A stretch of DNA of 64,000 nt from an uncultured Rikenellaceae bacterium (GTDB taxonomy: Bacteria > Bacteroidota > Bacteroidia > Bacteroidales > VadinHA17), in the NCBI GenBank assembly GCA_964642615.1, contig CAZXSW010000004.1:2210-66209 (forward strand), written 5' to 3'. A program made the position numbers and the translations under genes. Each line of letters begins with the position of its first letter. Position 1 is the first letter of the stretch. The notes below the pieces were generated by a model, which was not told the origin of the DNA, made no database searches, and was given only the letters and a program-made list of their open reading frames with translations. This document shows, piece by piece, positions 49,739 through 59,540 of this stretch.

Positions 49739-52450
49739 ATGCGACATTGCCTTTTAATACTTCTATTTGCCCTGTTGCCTGCAGAACTTATTATCAGTCA
49801 ATCTGTTAAAGGAAAGATCACCGACACAGGAGGGAAAGCTGTCGCGTATGCAACGGTTTATGTTCAGGAACTCAGGCAGGGAACCACTTCAAATGCCGGC
49901 GGAGAATACGAACTTAACATACCATCCGGCAAATACCTGATCTTCTTTCAGAGCCTGGGATATGAACCCGCCATTATTGATCTTACTGTTGGAGAGGAGA
50001 CCATTACCCGCGATGTGGTTCTGAATGAACAGTTTTATGAGATACCGGAGGTACTCATATCACCTTCGGGGGAAGATCCGGCCTACTCAATAATGAGAAG
50101 AGCCATAGGTCTTGCTCCCTACCATCTTAACCAGGTGAGCCACTACAGGGCAGATGTTTATCTCAAGGGCAACCTCATAGTAAATAAAATCCCGAAAATA
50201 GTCACCATGTCGGTAAAGATGGACCGTAATGAACGGAGTGCAACCGTTTCAGCAGGAGGCCGGGAAGGGGGTAATGAGGGATCCCTCAAAGAAGGCGACC
50301 TGTATTTCATGGAGTCATTCAACGAGGTTGAATTCAATGCTCCCGACAGATATGTTCAGAAAGTCATTTCAGTAAACAGCACCTTTCCTGAAAGCAACGG
50401 TTATATATCCCCGATGGATTTCATCCAGGCAAGCTTCTACCAGCCCGTACTTGCCGATATGGCTATCTCCCCGCTTTCGCCCCAGGCCTTTTCGCATTAC
50501 AACTTCAGTTATCTGGGGGCCTCTCCGCAGGGAGATTATACAATAAACAAGATCGGGGTCAAACCAAAGAGAAAAAGCCAGCAACTTTTCGAAGGTACAA
50601 TATACATTGTTGATGAGCTTTGGTGCATCCACAGTCTCGACCTTACAAACAACAACATCATAGGCAGAATAAGAATCAGGGAACTGGCTGTCCCTGTCCG
50701 TGATGAGATATGGATGCCCGTGAGCTACAACTTTGATGTCAATGTAAGTATCCTTGGATTTAAATCAGATATCGGCTATACAAGTTCAATAAAATACCTT
50801 GATATCACTCCTGATACAAGGCTAAAAAGGCCTGAAGAATTTGCATTATTACCTGGGGTTGGGAAACTTCCTTCAGATACCCTGCCAGTGTCAGCGAACG
50901 GGGAGAAGATTGGGAAGATCCTGAATAAGGAGGAGTTGTCGAACAGGGATATGGTTACACTTGCCCGACTGATGAAGAAGGAAAGTGAAACCGGAATCGC
51001 CGATACTGTCAGTCAGAGCCCTGCCGAATCGAGAAATACCACCTTAATATACGATGAAGATGCCGCTAAAAAAGACCAGGAATACTGGGCTTCAGTCAGA
51101 CCGGTCCCATTAACTCCCGAAGAACTTACAAGTCTGGCTTCTGCTGACAGCCTGAAAAAACTACGCAGGCAGACTGTTTCTTACGATGCCGACTCCCTTG
51201 ATGGCCCTGGAAACCGAAAATCAAGCCGTTTTCTGAGACAGGCAGGCGACATAATCTTCGGACACACATGGGCTGACACTTCAGGTACAAGTTTCAGATC
51301 GGGCGGACTGGTGAACCCCTCCAAAATAGGCTTCAACACAGTCGACGGCTTTGTTTATGGAACCGATTTCAGCATATCCAAAAAGTTTGGTAACGGAAGT
51401 AACCTGTTTATCATACCTGAACTAAGGTATGCCTTCAGCCGTCAGAAACTTATGTGGAAGCTTAATGCAAACATCACTACAGGAGGGAAAAGGCCTGGTC
51501 AGTTTTATGTCCGCACAGGTGTTGTCAGCAAGGATTTCAACCTGGCAGGTGGAATTGATCCACTGGTCAATACACTTACAACCCTGTTTCTTCGAAGAAA
51601 CTACATGAAACTTTATGAAAGCCGTTATTTGAATCTCGGTTACAGGGCGGCCATCTCCGACAGGGTAACGCTTGTAATTAATGCAGGTTACGAGAATCGC
51701 AGGATGCTGCAGAACAATACTGACTACTCCTTCTTTAGCCGCCATCGTGAATATACGGACAACATACCCGGAAACTCACTCCTTACCCCTGATAGTCACG
51801 AAAGATACCTGCCTGAAAATCAGAAACATTTCAGTTTTGAAGCAACCGCCGAAATAGTTCCCGGCCAACCTGACAGGTTACCCCTGAGCCGAAGGCCGGC
51901 TGTTCGTTCAGCCTGGCCTGATATCTCGCTTACCTGGAAACACGGGATGAACCAGGAACAAGTTAACTCAGACAGTTACCGACACTTCGACATGATTAAG
52001 CTTGAGGTCTCTGACAGGTATGACGCCGGTGCCTTCAGTGAATTCAGATGGAGATTCCGAACCGGAACTTTCATAAACAGGGAAGCACTCTCCTTTGTCG
52101 ACTTCTTCCATTTCAATGCCCAGCCTTTCTGGTTCCTTCCCGGCGATTATGAAGATGCCGTAATGCTTCCGGGTTATTATGCCCTCAGCACTTCCGATCT
52201 CTTCGCAGAGCTTCATGCTAAATATACAACACCTTACCTGCTTGTTAAGCTATTGCCTGTAGTTAGCAACACCCTGGTAAGGGAAAACCTTTCCTTACTT
52301 TATCTCGGATCGCAATTCCACGGTAACTATTTTGAGTTAGGGTACAGCCTCAGCGAGATTTTCCTTTTTGCTGAAGCCGGGGTCTACCTGGGCTTTGATG
52401 ATTTCAGGTACAAAAGTACAGGGTTTAAGCTTACCTTACGCTTCAACTGA
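49739..52450 (+). CDS. DUF5686 / carboxypeptidase-regulatory-like domain outer-membrane protein
   Basis: Signal peptide; SVKGKITD..YATVYV..GTTSNAGGEY..SLGYE (CarboxypepD_reg-like); DPAYSIMRRAI; barrel-like C-terminus. Confidence 0.78.
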   Translation: MRHCLLILLFALLPAELIISQSVKGKITDTGGKAVAYATVYVQELRQGTTSNAGGEYELNIPSGKYLIFFQSLGYEPAIIDLTVGEETITRDVVLNEQFYEIPEVLISPSGEDPAYSIMRRAIGLAPYHLNQVSHYRADVYLKGNLIVNKIPKIVTMSVKMDRNERSATVSAGGREGGNEGSLKEGDLYFMESFNEVEFNAPDRYVQKVISVNSTFPESNGYISPMDFIQASFYQPVLADMAISPLSPQAFSHYNFSYLGASPQGDYTINKIGVKPKRKSQQLFEGTIYIVDELWCIHSLDLTNNNIIGRIRIRELAVPVRDEIWMPVSYNFDVNVSILGFKSDIGYTSSIKYLDITPDTRLKRPEEFALLPGVGKLPSDTLPVSANGEKIGKILNKEELSNRDMVTLARLMKKESETGIADTVSQSPAESRNTTLIYDEDAAKKDQEYWASVRPVPLTPEELTSLASADSLKKLRRQTVSYDADSLDGPGNRKSSRFLRQAGDIIFGHTWADTSGTSFRSGGLVNPSKIGFNTVDGFVYGTDFSISKKFGNGSNLFIIPELRYAFSRQKLMWKLNANITTGGKRPGQFYVRTGVVSKDFNLAGGIDPLVNTLTTLFLRRNYMKLYESRYLNLGYRAAISDRVTLVINAGYENRRMLQNNTDYSFFSRHREYTDNIPGNSLLTPDSHERYLPENQKHFSFEATAEIVPGQPDRLPLSRRPAVRSAWPDISLTWKHGMNQEQVNSDSYRHFDMIKLEVSDRYDAGAFSEFRWRFRTGTFINREALSFVDFFHFNAQPFWFLPGDYEDAVMLPGYYALSTSDLFAELHAKYTTPYLLVKLLPVVSNTLVRENLSLLYLGSQFHGNYFELGYSLSEIFLFAEAGVYLGFDDFRYKSTGFKLTLRFN

Positions 52451-52460
52451 TTTCTTTAAT

Positions 52461-52544
52461 ATGAAACACGCATGTATTGCATAAACACGCATGAAATAAT
52501 TTCCTTACATGTGTTTCCATCAGGCTTTTAAATATAATTATTTA
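52461..52544 (+). repeat. Dispersed element, divergent copy C, between convergent genes
   Basis: ATGAAACACGCATG...CATGTGTTTCCATC plus tail CTTTTAAATATAATTATTTA resembling the copy B tail. Confidence 0.65.
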
Positions 52545-52554
52545 AGACAGGGAA

Positions 52555-52585
52555 GACCAGGGAATCTCCTGGCAGATCCCTGGTC
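52555..52585. terminator. Hairpin downstream of dnaB
   Basis: GACCAGGG(A)ATCT / AGATCCCTGGTC stem. Confidence 0.55.
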
Positions 52586-52620
52586 CTGATATTGATACAT
52601 AATACTTATTCTTCTTAAAC

Positions 52621-54138
52621 CTAGGCAAACGGAGGCTCATCATGGAAGCCATTCTCATCTTCAAATGCTCCGCCAGGCAACCTTACAGGATCATGATTCA
52701 TTTTTGACCCCAGGGTGATACTCTGCGTTCCGCCTATATCAGGAGTTACTATATCAAAGTCGTCAAGATCAACAAACTGGGCCTTCTCCTCCCTGAATCT
52801 TAATCTTACATCATCAACCGGACCGTTTCTGTTTTTTGCCAGGATTATTTCGGCTATCCCCTTTGTTGAGACATCATCTTCAAAAGTCGGTATTCCGAAT
52901 TTTTCAGGACGATGGATAAAAACGACCATATCAGCATCCTGTTCAATTGCTCCTGATTCACGAAGGTCGGAAAGCAGGGGACGCTTGGAACCTCCCCTCA
53001 TCTCAACCGACCTGTTGAGCTGTGAAAGAGCAAGAATAGGAACATTAAGCTCCTTGGCAATACTCTTTAGCGATCGTGATATAGTACTGACCTCCTGTTC
53101 ACGGCTTCCGGCATTTTCCGGTCCCGACATAAGCTGAAGATAATCAACTATAACTAAATCAAGCTTATGCTGAGCCATAAGTCTTCTGCATTTAGCCCTG
53201 AGTTCGAAGATAGATATAGCAGGAGTGTCGTCGATAAAAACAGGAGCCTGGACAAGCTTCTTTATTCTGGTATCAAGCTGTTTCCATTCTTCTTCATTGA
53301 GCCGGCCGTTTTTTATCTTATCACCCGAAATGTCGGTCTCAGCAATTATGAGCCTGTTTACCAGCTGAATTGACGACATCTCAAGAGAGAAGATGGCCAC
53401 CTTCTTGCCATGATCTATAGCCATGTTTCTGGCCATGGAAAGGGCGAATGCCGTCTTTCCCATCGAAGGTCTGGCGGCTATTATTATGAGCTCCGATTTC
53501 TGCCATCCTGAGGTAAGCCTGTCAAGTTTAGTAAAACCCGAGGGTATCCCAACGAGTGCATCCTCACGTTTCCCTGCCTCTTCAATCTCCCTGATAGCCT
53601 CCTTAATTACCATGTTTATGGGCGAGACCTCCCTTTTTATGTTCCCCTCAGCTATCTGAAACAAGGCATTCTCTGAGAAATCGAGTAATTCGGTTACATC
53701 ATACGAATCATCAAATGACCTCGACTGTATCTCTGTTGCCACTCTTATAAGCTCCCTCTGGATGTATTTCTGAGCAACGATTCTGGCATGAAAGTCGACA
53801 TTGGCAGCAGATACAACCTTGGTTGTAAGCTGTGTCAGATAAACCGGTCCTCCAACACTCTCAAGTTCATTACGCGAACGCAGGTCCTCAGTAACAGTAT
53901 ACAGGTCAACCGGGTATTCCCTTGCTGAAAGATCCGAAACACTTCTGAATATCTTCTGGTGAGCCTCTTTGTAAAAGCTCTCGGGCTTAAGAATGTCAAG
54001 GATAGTGATAACCGCCTCTTTCTCAAGCATTATAGCTCCCAAAACAGCTTCTTCCATGTCGATTGCCTGAGGAGGGATTCTTCCAAGATCAGGAAGTAAA
54101 GAAGCAACCTGCCTGACACCATTCTTTTGTCTGACCAT
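52621..54138 (-). CDS. dnaB: Replicative DNA helicase
   Basis: PPQAIDMEEAVLGA, ARPSMGKTAF, IVDYLQLM, LSQLNR, SDLRESGAIEQDAD, AKNRNGP. Confidence 0.98.
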   Translation of the reverse strand: MVRQKNGVRQVASLLPDLGRIPPQAIDMEEAVLGAIMLEKEAVITILDILKPESFYKEAHQKIFRSVSDLSAREYPVDLYTVTEDLRSRNELESVGGPVYLTQLTTKVVSAANVDFHARIVAQKYIQRELIRVATEIQSRSFDDSYDVTELLDFSENALFQIAEGNIKREVSPINMVIKEAIREIEEAGKREDALVGIPSGFTKLDRLTSGWQKSELIIIAARPSMGKTAFALSMARNMAIDHGKKVAIFSLEMSSIQLVNRLIIAETDISGDKIKNGRLNEEEWKQLDTRIKKLVQAPVFIDDTPAISIFELRAKCRRLMAQHKLDLVIVDYLQLMSGPENAGSREQEVSTISRSLKSIAKELNVPILALSQLNRSVEMRGGSKRPLLSDLRESGAIEQDADMVVFIHRPEKFGIPTFEDDVSTKGIAEIILAKNRNGPVDDVRLRFREEKAQFVDLDDFDIVTPDIGGTQSITLGSKMNHDPVRLPGGAFEDENGFHDEPPFA

Positions 54139-54349
54139 GAATATATGTAATTGATTTATTGTATTTTAATGGATTATTTTTATAATCCCCGCCAACAGCT
54201 TCAAAGGTAAGACAACCACAACCATTAAATGAAGTGTACCTGCATTTCTTACAAACAAAGTTCTGTTAAAAACTTGTTGAAAATCCAAAAACCCTTTTCT
54301 TATATAAAAAAATCCGATCCTTATGGTATTTTTGTACAAACGACCTTTT

Positions 54350-55168
54350 ATGGTGATATTTCCGAGAGCAAAGATCAATCTGGGATTGAGGGTTATTGAG
54401 AAGCGAAGCGACGGTTATCATAACATAGAGACTGTATTCTACCCTGTCGGTCTGAGCGACGCCCTGGAGATTGTTGTTGCTCCTGAAGGGAGTGACGGGG
54501 ATATCCTTGAGGTGACTGGTCATCCGACAGGAGGTGATCCGGAAGATAACCTGGTCATCAGGGCAGTCATACTGTTGCGGAACGATTATCATTTTCCATT
54601 TCTCAGGATCCACCTTCACAAGATGATTCCACCGGGAGCGGGACTCGGGGGAGGATCGTCTGATGCTGCTTCGGCAATAAAAGCCATTGACAGAAGCTTC
54701 AGGCTGGGAATGTCAAATGAGACTATGATGGAATATGCACTCAGACTGGGCAGCGACCTGCCTTTTTTCATTGACGGCCGGCCTTCCCGTGCTTCGGGCC
54801 GCGGCGAAATTCTGAGCCCAGCCGCCGAATACCTTAAGGGCTGCTATATTATTCTTGCCAATCCTGGAATCCATGTCAGCACAGCAGAGGCCTATGAAAA
54901 CTGCAGGCCAACAGATACCAGGGGGAGCCTCGACATTATGGACGTCATCCCTCTTTCAGAATGGAAGAGCCATATCTTTAACGACTTTGAGGATTATGTA
55001 TTCAGAGCCCACCCCGTAATAGGAGAGATAAAGGATCTGATGTACGTCTCAGGTGCTGTTTTCAGTCTGATGTCAGGTAGCGGGTCGACCATTTATGGGA
55101 TTTTCAGCAACGAGGCCCGAATGCCTGAAGCGCTCCGGCCACATGTGATCTTCTCAGGATATGCATAG
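54350..55168 (+). CDS. ispE: 4-diphosphocytidyl-2-C-methyl-D-erythritol kinase
   Basis: AKINLGL, KMIPPGAGLGGGSSDAA, LGSDLPFF, MSGSGST; -7 element TATTTTTG at 54327-54334 supports start 54350. Confidence 0.95.
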   Translation: MVIFPRAKINLGLRVIEKRSDGYHNIETVFYPVGLSDALEIVVAPEGSDGDILEVTGHPTGGDPEDNLVIRAVILLRNDYHFPFLRIHLHKMIPPGAGLGGGSSDAASAIKAIDRSFRLGMSNETMMEYALRLGSDLPFFIDGRPSRASGRGEILSPAAEYLKGCYIILANPGIHVSTAEAYENCRPTDTRGSLDIMDVIPLSEWKSHIFNDFEDYVFRAHPVIGEIKDLMYVSGAVFSLMSGSGSTIYGIFSNEARMPEALRPHVIFSGYA

Positions 55169-55173
55169 TAACC

Positions 55174-55491
55174 TCAGACCATCCTTATAAGGAGGCTACC
55201 CTTAGAGACCCTGTCACCTTTTGCGACAAGTATATCACCGATAGTGCCGGCGGCCGGACTAAGGAGCATGTTCTGCATCTTCATGGCATCAAGGATCATA
55301 AGTTCGTCTCCCTCCTTTACCGTCTGGCCTTCTGAAACAAGAATATCGAGAACCGTCCCGGGAATAAAACTGGTGATAATCTTCGGGTCGGCAGGTGCAT
55401 ATGGCTTCCTTTTTAAGAAACTGCTGCTCAGTCGTGTTCTGTATGGGACTCCGTCAATATTGAGTATGTCTGATGAATCATTTTCTTTCAT
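55174..55491 (-). CDS. Biotin carboxyl carrier protein (short)
   Basis: DAMKMQN biotinylation motif. Confidence 0.9.
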   Translation of the reverse strand: MKENDSSDILNIDGVPYRTRLSSSFLKRKPYAPADPKIITSFIPGTVLDILVSEGQTVKEGDELMILDAMKMQNMLLSPAAGTIGDILVAKGDRVSKGSLLIRMV

Positions 55492-55515
55492 GGGATTCAG
55501 GTATTGCTATCAGTT

Positions 55516-57060
55516 TCAGAAAGGAGGCAATCCATGCTTTTTGGCAGGCATAACAACAGTCTTGTTCTCAGACAGTTCAAGTGCATGAAGCAGAAACTTC
55601 CTTGTCTCAGATGGTTCGATAACCGCATCGACATATCCCCGCGAAGCAGCCACATAGGGGTTTGCAAACTTGGCCTTATACTCTTCTACCTTTTGCTTCC
55701 TCATACCCTCCGGATCATCTGACGACATTATTTCCTTCCTGAAGATTATATTGGCAGCTCCTTCGGGTCCCATCACCGCAATCTCAGCAGTGGGCCATGC
55801 AAAAACGAAGTCAGCACGCAGATGCCTCGAGCTCATGGCTATATAACCGCCTCCGTAGGCCTTACGCAGGATAACGGTGAGCTTTGGCACGGTAGCTTCG
55901 CTGTAAGCGTACAGCACCTTGGCCCCATGACGAATTACGCCCGCATGTTCCTGATCGATGCCGGGCAGATAACCGGGCAGGTCGACAAAGGTAACAATGG
56001 GTATATCAAAGGCATCACAGTAACGGATGAACCTTGCAGCCTTGTCGGATGAATCGACATCCAGCACGCCAGCCATCTCCAGTGGCTGATTGGCTACAAA
56101 GCCAGTAGTCTTTCCTCCCATCCTTCCGAAGCCGATAACCATGTTCTTTGCATACAACTCCATAATCTCAAAGAAATCGGAGTTATCAGATACTGCCCGT
56201 ATTACTTTTCTGACATCATAGGGAAGTGTTGGATCTTCGGGCACTATCTTATTGATCTCATATGAAGGATCAGGGGGGGAAGGCTCACAGGCTTTGGCCT
56301 TTGTGCTGTTGTTCCATGGGATAAAGGTCATAAGCCGTTTTATCTGGGCAAAACACTCTTCCTCGTTAAGTGAAAAGAAATGTGCATTACCGGTAACCTC
56401 GCTGTGGACCCTGGCTCCTCCGAGCTCTTCCATGGGGATATCTTCACCCAGTACCGTCCTTATTACTTCCGGTCCGGTGATAAACATTTTGGATATATTG
56501 TCGACTACAAACACGAAATCGGTAAGTGCCGGAGAATAAACTGCACCACCTGCACAGGGTCCGAGGATAACCGAGATCTGTGGGATGACCCCGCTTGAAA
56601 TAGTATTCCTGAAGAAGATCTCGCCGTAACCTGCAAGTGAATTCACGCCCTCCTGTATCCTGGCTCCTCCCGAATCGTTTATCCCTATAAGAGGAATTCT
56701 CATCTTCAGGGCATGATCCATGATCTTTGTTATTTTTCGTGAATGCATAAGTCCGAGAGAACCTCCTGCAACAGTAAAATCCTGGGCAAAGATAGCCACC
56801 GGAGAGCCGTATATTGTTCCCGATCCGATAACCACTCCGTCGCTGGGGAGTGATTTTTTATCCATATCAAAATCGCGGGCATCGTGTTCGACAAAGAGGT
56901 CGTATTCGCTGAAAGAGTTTTCATCAAGCAGGGCCAGGATACGTTCCCTGGCAGTGCGCTTCCCCAGTGCTTTCTGTTTCTCAATAGCCTGCTCTCCGCC
57001 TCCGAGCAATACCTTGTCTCTTTTTTGTTTTAATTCAAGAATCTTCTTTTCAAGTGGCAT
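55516..57060 (-). CDS. Acyl-CoA carboxylase/decarboxylase carboxyltransferase subunit (PccB/MmdA-like)
   Basis: DFTVAGGSLG, DSGGARIQEG, GPCAGGAVYSP, PGYLPG, RKAYGG, KKHGLPPF. Confidence 0.94.
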   Translation of the reverse strand: MPLEKKILELKQKRDKVLLGGGEQAIEKQKALGKRTARERILALLDENSFSEYDLFVEHDARDFDMDKKSLPSDGVVIGSGTIYGSPVAIFAQDFTVAGGSLGLMHSRKITKIMDHALKMRIPLIGINDSGGARIQEGVNSLAGYGEIFFRNTISSGVIPQISVILGPCAGGAVYSPALTDFVFVVDNISKMFITGPEVIRTVLGEDIPMEELGGARVHSEVTGNAHFFSLNEEECFAQIKRLMTFIPWNNSTKAKACEPSPPDPSYEINKIVPEDPTLPYDVRKVIRAVSDNSDFFEIMELYAKNMVIGFGRMGGKTTGFVANQPLEMAGVLDVDSSDKAARFIRYCDAFDIPIVTFVDLPGYLPGIDQEHAGVIRHGAKVLYAYSEATVPKLTVILRKAYGGGYIAMSSRHLRADFVFAWPTAEIAVMGPEGAANIIFRKEIMSSDDPEGMRKQKVEEYKAKFANPYVAASRGYVDAVIEPSETRKFLLHALELSENKTVVMPAKKHGLPPF

Positions 57061-57148
57061 AACTATGGTTTTTGATCTGCTAAATTAACCAATTCATCGT
57101 TCAGAAAAAGTATAAAACCCATACTCCTTAACCCGGGATATTCATGTT

Positions 57149-58285
57149 TCATTTGGGAGCCAGCCTGTAAAGGATAAATGCGATGACAGCATAGAGAATG
57201 TTTGGTATCCACATTGCCAGCATTGGTCCAAGGTTCCCCTTTAGTGAAAACTGCGAAGCAAACTGCATGAACAGGATGTAAGAGAAACTCAGTCCCAGCC
57301 CTATTCCTATATTCATACCTATCCCTCCCCTCACCTTCTTTGAAGAAAGTGAGACACCAATAAGAGTAAGGATGAATATGGCGAAAGGATTTGAGATCCG
57401 CCTGTGTTTTTCGATAAGGAACAACTTAAGCTCGTCTGAACCCTGCAGTTCCAGGAGGTTAATATAATCATTAAGCTCACTGTAGGTCATGGTGCCTACA
57501 AAACCCGGATCCCTCGAGAAATCCTGAGGGGTTATAGTGAGAGTGGTATCAATCTTATCTCCTTTTGTAAGTATCTCCTCCATTCCCCTGATCTCCCTTA
57601 CGTTGAAGTTCATTACCGACCATTTTCCGATTGTAGAGTCCCATCTCACCACTGGAGCACTCAGCTTAGACTCCAGCCTTCCCGAATCAGAAAATTTCTC
57701 TAAGGTGAAGTTCCTGCCTGTCTGGCTTACCTGATTGAATGATTCCATAAAGACCAGAACGTTCCGGGCAACCTGCCTGTGGATATTCATTATCGGTATC
57801 CTTCTGTTTGACGATCTGTAATACTTGTCCTCGAAATCCATCCTTTTTAGGTTGGCCTGTGGTATCACGAAGTTGGTCAACATAAAAGTGAACACGGCAA
57901 TAACCAGGGCCGAAATAAAATAGGGAAGCAGCATTCTCCTGAAGCTGGTCCCGCTGTTTAGGATGGCTATTATCTCGGTGTTGACGGCCATCTTCGATGT
58001 AAAGAAGATAACCGAGATAAAGACAAAAAGAGGTGCAAAGAGGGTTGCGAAATAAGGAATGAAATTAAAATAATAGTCGAATATTATGGCTCTTACAGGG
58101 GCTTCACGCTCCATAAAGTTATCTATCTTCTCGGCAAAGTCAAAGACAACGGCAATGGTCAGTATCAGTACCAGTGAAAAAACGAAGGTACCAAGAAACT
58201 TCCTGATAATATAAACATCAATAATCTTGAATCCCGCAGAGCCTATAATCTCTCTGAGAGTTTTTTTACCATTGCGTTTTTCCAT
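57149..58285 (-). CDS. LptF/LptG family LPS export permease
   Basis: IIDVYIIRKFLG, NTEIIAILNSG, GLGLSFSY, AMWIPN; true start uncertain. Confidence 0.9.
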   Translation of the reverse strand: MEKRNGKKTLREIIGSAGFKIIDVYIIRKFLGTFVFSLVLILTIAVVFDFAEKIDNFMEREAPVRAIIFDYYFNFIPYFATLFAPLFVFISVIFFTSKMAVNTEIIAILNSGTSFRRMLLPYFISALVIAVFTFMLTNFVIPQANLKRMDFEDKYYRSSNRRIPIMNIHRQVARNVLVFMESFNQVSQTGRNFTLEKFSDSGRLESKLSAPVVRWDSTIGKWSVMNFNVREIRGMEEILTKGDKIDTTLTITPQDFSRDPGFVGTMTYSELNDYINLLELQGSDELKLFLIEKHRRISNPFAIFILTLIGVSLSSKKVRGGIGMNIGIGLGLSFSYILFMQFASQFSLKGNLGPMLAMWIPNILYAVIAFILYRLAPK

Positions 58286-59370
58286 CTTTTAAAATCACCT
58301 TCCTCGATCTTTTTCCTGGCCTCTCCAACCAGTTTCAGGTAAAAAGCCAGGTTATGAATACTTGAAATCTGCGATCCCAGAATCTCTCCTGATATTATAA
58401 GGTGCCTGAGATAAGCCTTTGAATAATTAAGGCTTACACTCGAAGGACCATCAGGGTCGATTGGTGAGAAGTCGTTTATCCATTTCCGGTTCTTAATATT
58501 AATGGTCCCCTCACCTGTAAAAAGCATCCCGTTTCTTCCGTTCCTTGTAGGCATCACGCAGTCGAACATATCAATTCCCCTGTCGATGGCTTCAAGGATA
58601 TTAACCGGTGTTCCCACTCCCATAAGGTAACGTGGTTTGTCGTCAGGGAGTATTTCATTAACAGTTTCTATCATCCTGTACATCTCCTCAGCAGGCTCAC
58701 CAACCGACAAACCGCCAATAGCGTTTCCCGTCATGCCGGCCGAAGCAACCTTTTCTGCAGATATCCTTCTCAGGTCCTCATATGTGCTACCCTGAACGAT
58801 AGGAAAGAGATACTGTTCATGGCCCCATACCGGTTCAGTCTCCCTGTACCTTGCCACTGCCCTGTCGAGCCATCTGTGTGTAAGCTCGACCGATCTCTTT
58901 GCATATTTGTATTCACACGGGAAAGGCGCACATTCATCAAATGCCATTATGATATCAGCTCCGATTATTCGCTGAATGTCAACAGTGTTCTCGGGGGTAA
59001 AGAAGTGTTTTGATCCGTCGATATGCGATCTGAAGATGGCTCCTTCTTCTGTAAGCTTTCTGTTCCCCGAAAGGGAAAACACCTGGTAACCTCCGCTGTC
59101 AGTAAGCAGGGGCCTGTCCCAGCTCATAAACCTGTGAAGACCTCCGGCCTCCTTCATTATGGCAGTACCCGGACGCAGGTACAAATGGTATGTGTTGCCC
59201 AGGATGATCCAGGCGCCGATCTCATCAACCAGATCCCTCTGAAGGATCCCCTTTACAGTCCCGGTGGTTCCGACAGGCATAAACACCGGTGTCGGGATAT
59301 CCCCATGAGCTGTTTTCAACACACCAGCCCTGGCCTTACTTTCCCCATCTCTTTTAACTACAGCAAACAT
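58243..59370 (-). CDS. tgt: tRNA-guanine transglycosylase
   Basis: PVFMPVGT, LGNTYHL, TDSGGYQ, RYLMGVG, DMFDCVMPTRNGRNG. Confidence 0.97.
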   Translation of the reverse strand: MFAVVKRDGESKARAGVLKTAHGDIPTPVFMPVGTTGTVKGILQRDLVDEIGAWIILGNTYHLYLRPGTAIMKEAGGLHRFMSWDRPLLTDSGGYQVFSLSGNRKLTEEGAIFRSHIDGSKHFFTPENTVDIQRIIGADIIMAFDECAPFPCEYKYAKRSVELTHRWLDRAVARYRETEPVWGHEQYLFPIVQGSTYEDLRRISAEKVASAGMTGNAIGGLSVGEPAEEMYRMIETVNEILPDDKPRYLMGVGTPVNILEAIDRGIDMFDCVMPTRNGRNGMLFTGEGTINIKNRKWINDFSPIDPDGPSSVSLNYSKAYLRHLIISGEILGSQISSIHNLAFYLKLVGEARKKIEEGDFKRWKNAMVKKLSERL

Positions 59371-59540
59371 ACAATCTGTTAAAATTTTAGCAGCACAAAG
59401 GTAATCGATTCATCATGCCCCGAAAAATTAAAAACGGTATTTTTTCCCTCATAGTTGAATGCTTAAAACTATGATTGTTGATAACTCATTTTCTGCATTC
59501 AGATTATCTTATTAATATTGCTGCCATATTTGGAAGTTAA

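Noticed and set aside
54166-54619. Short minus-strand ORFs between dnaB and ispE
   Set aside because: They overlap the ispE start and the divergent promoter region and have no coding signature.
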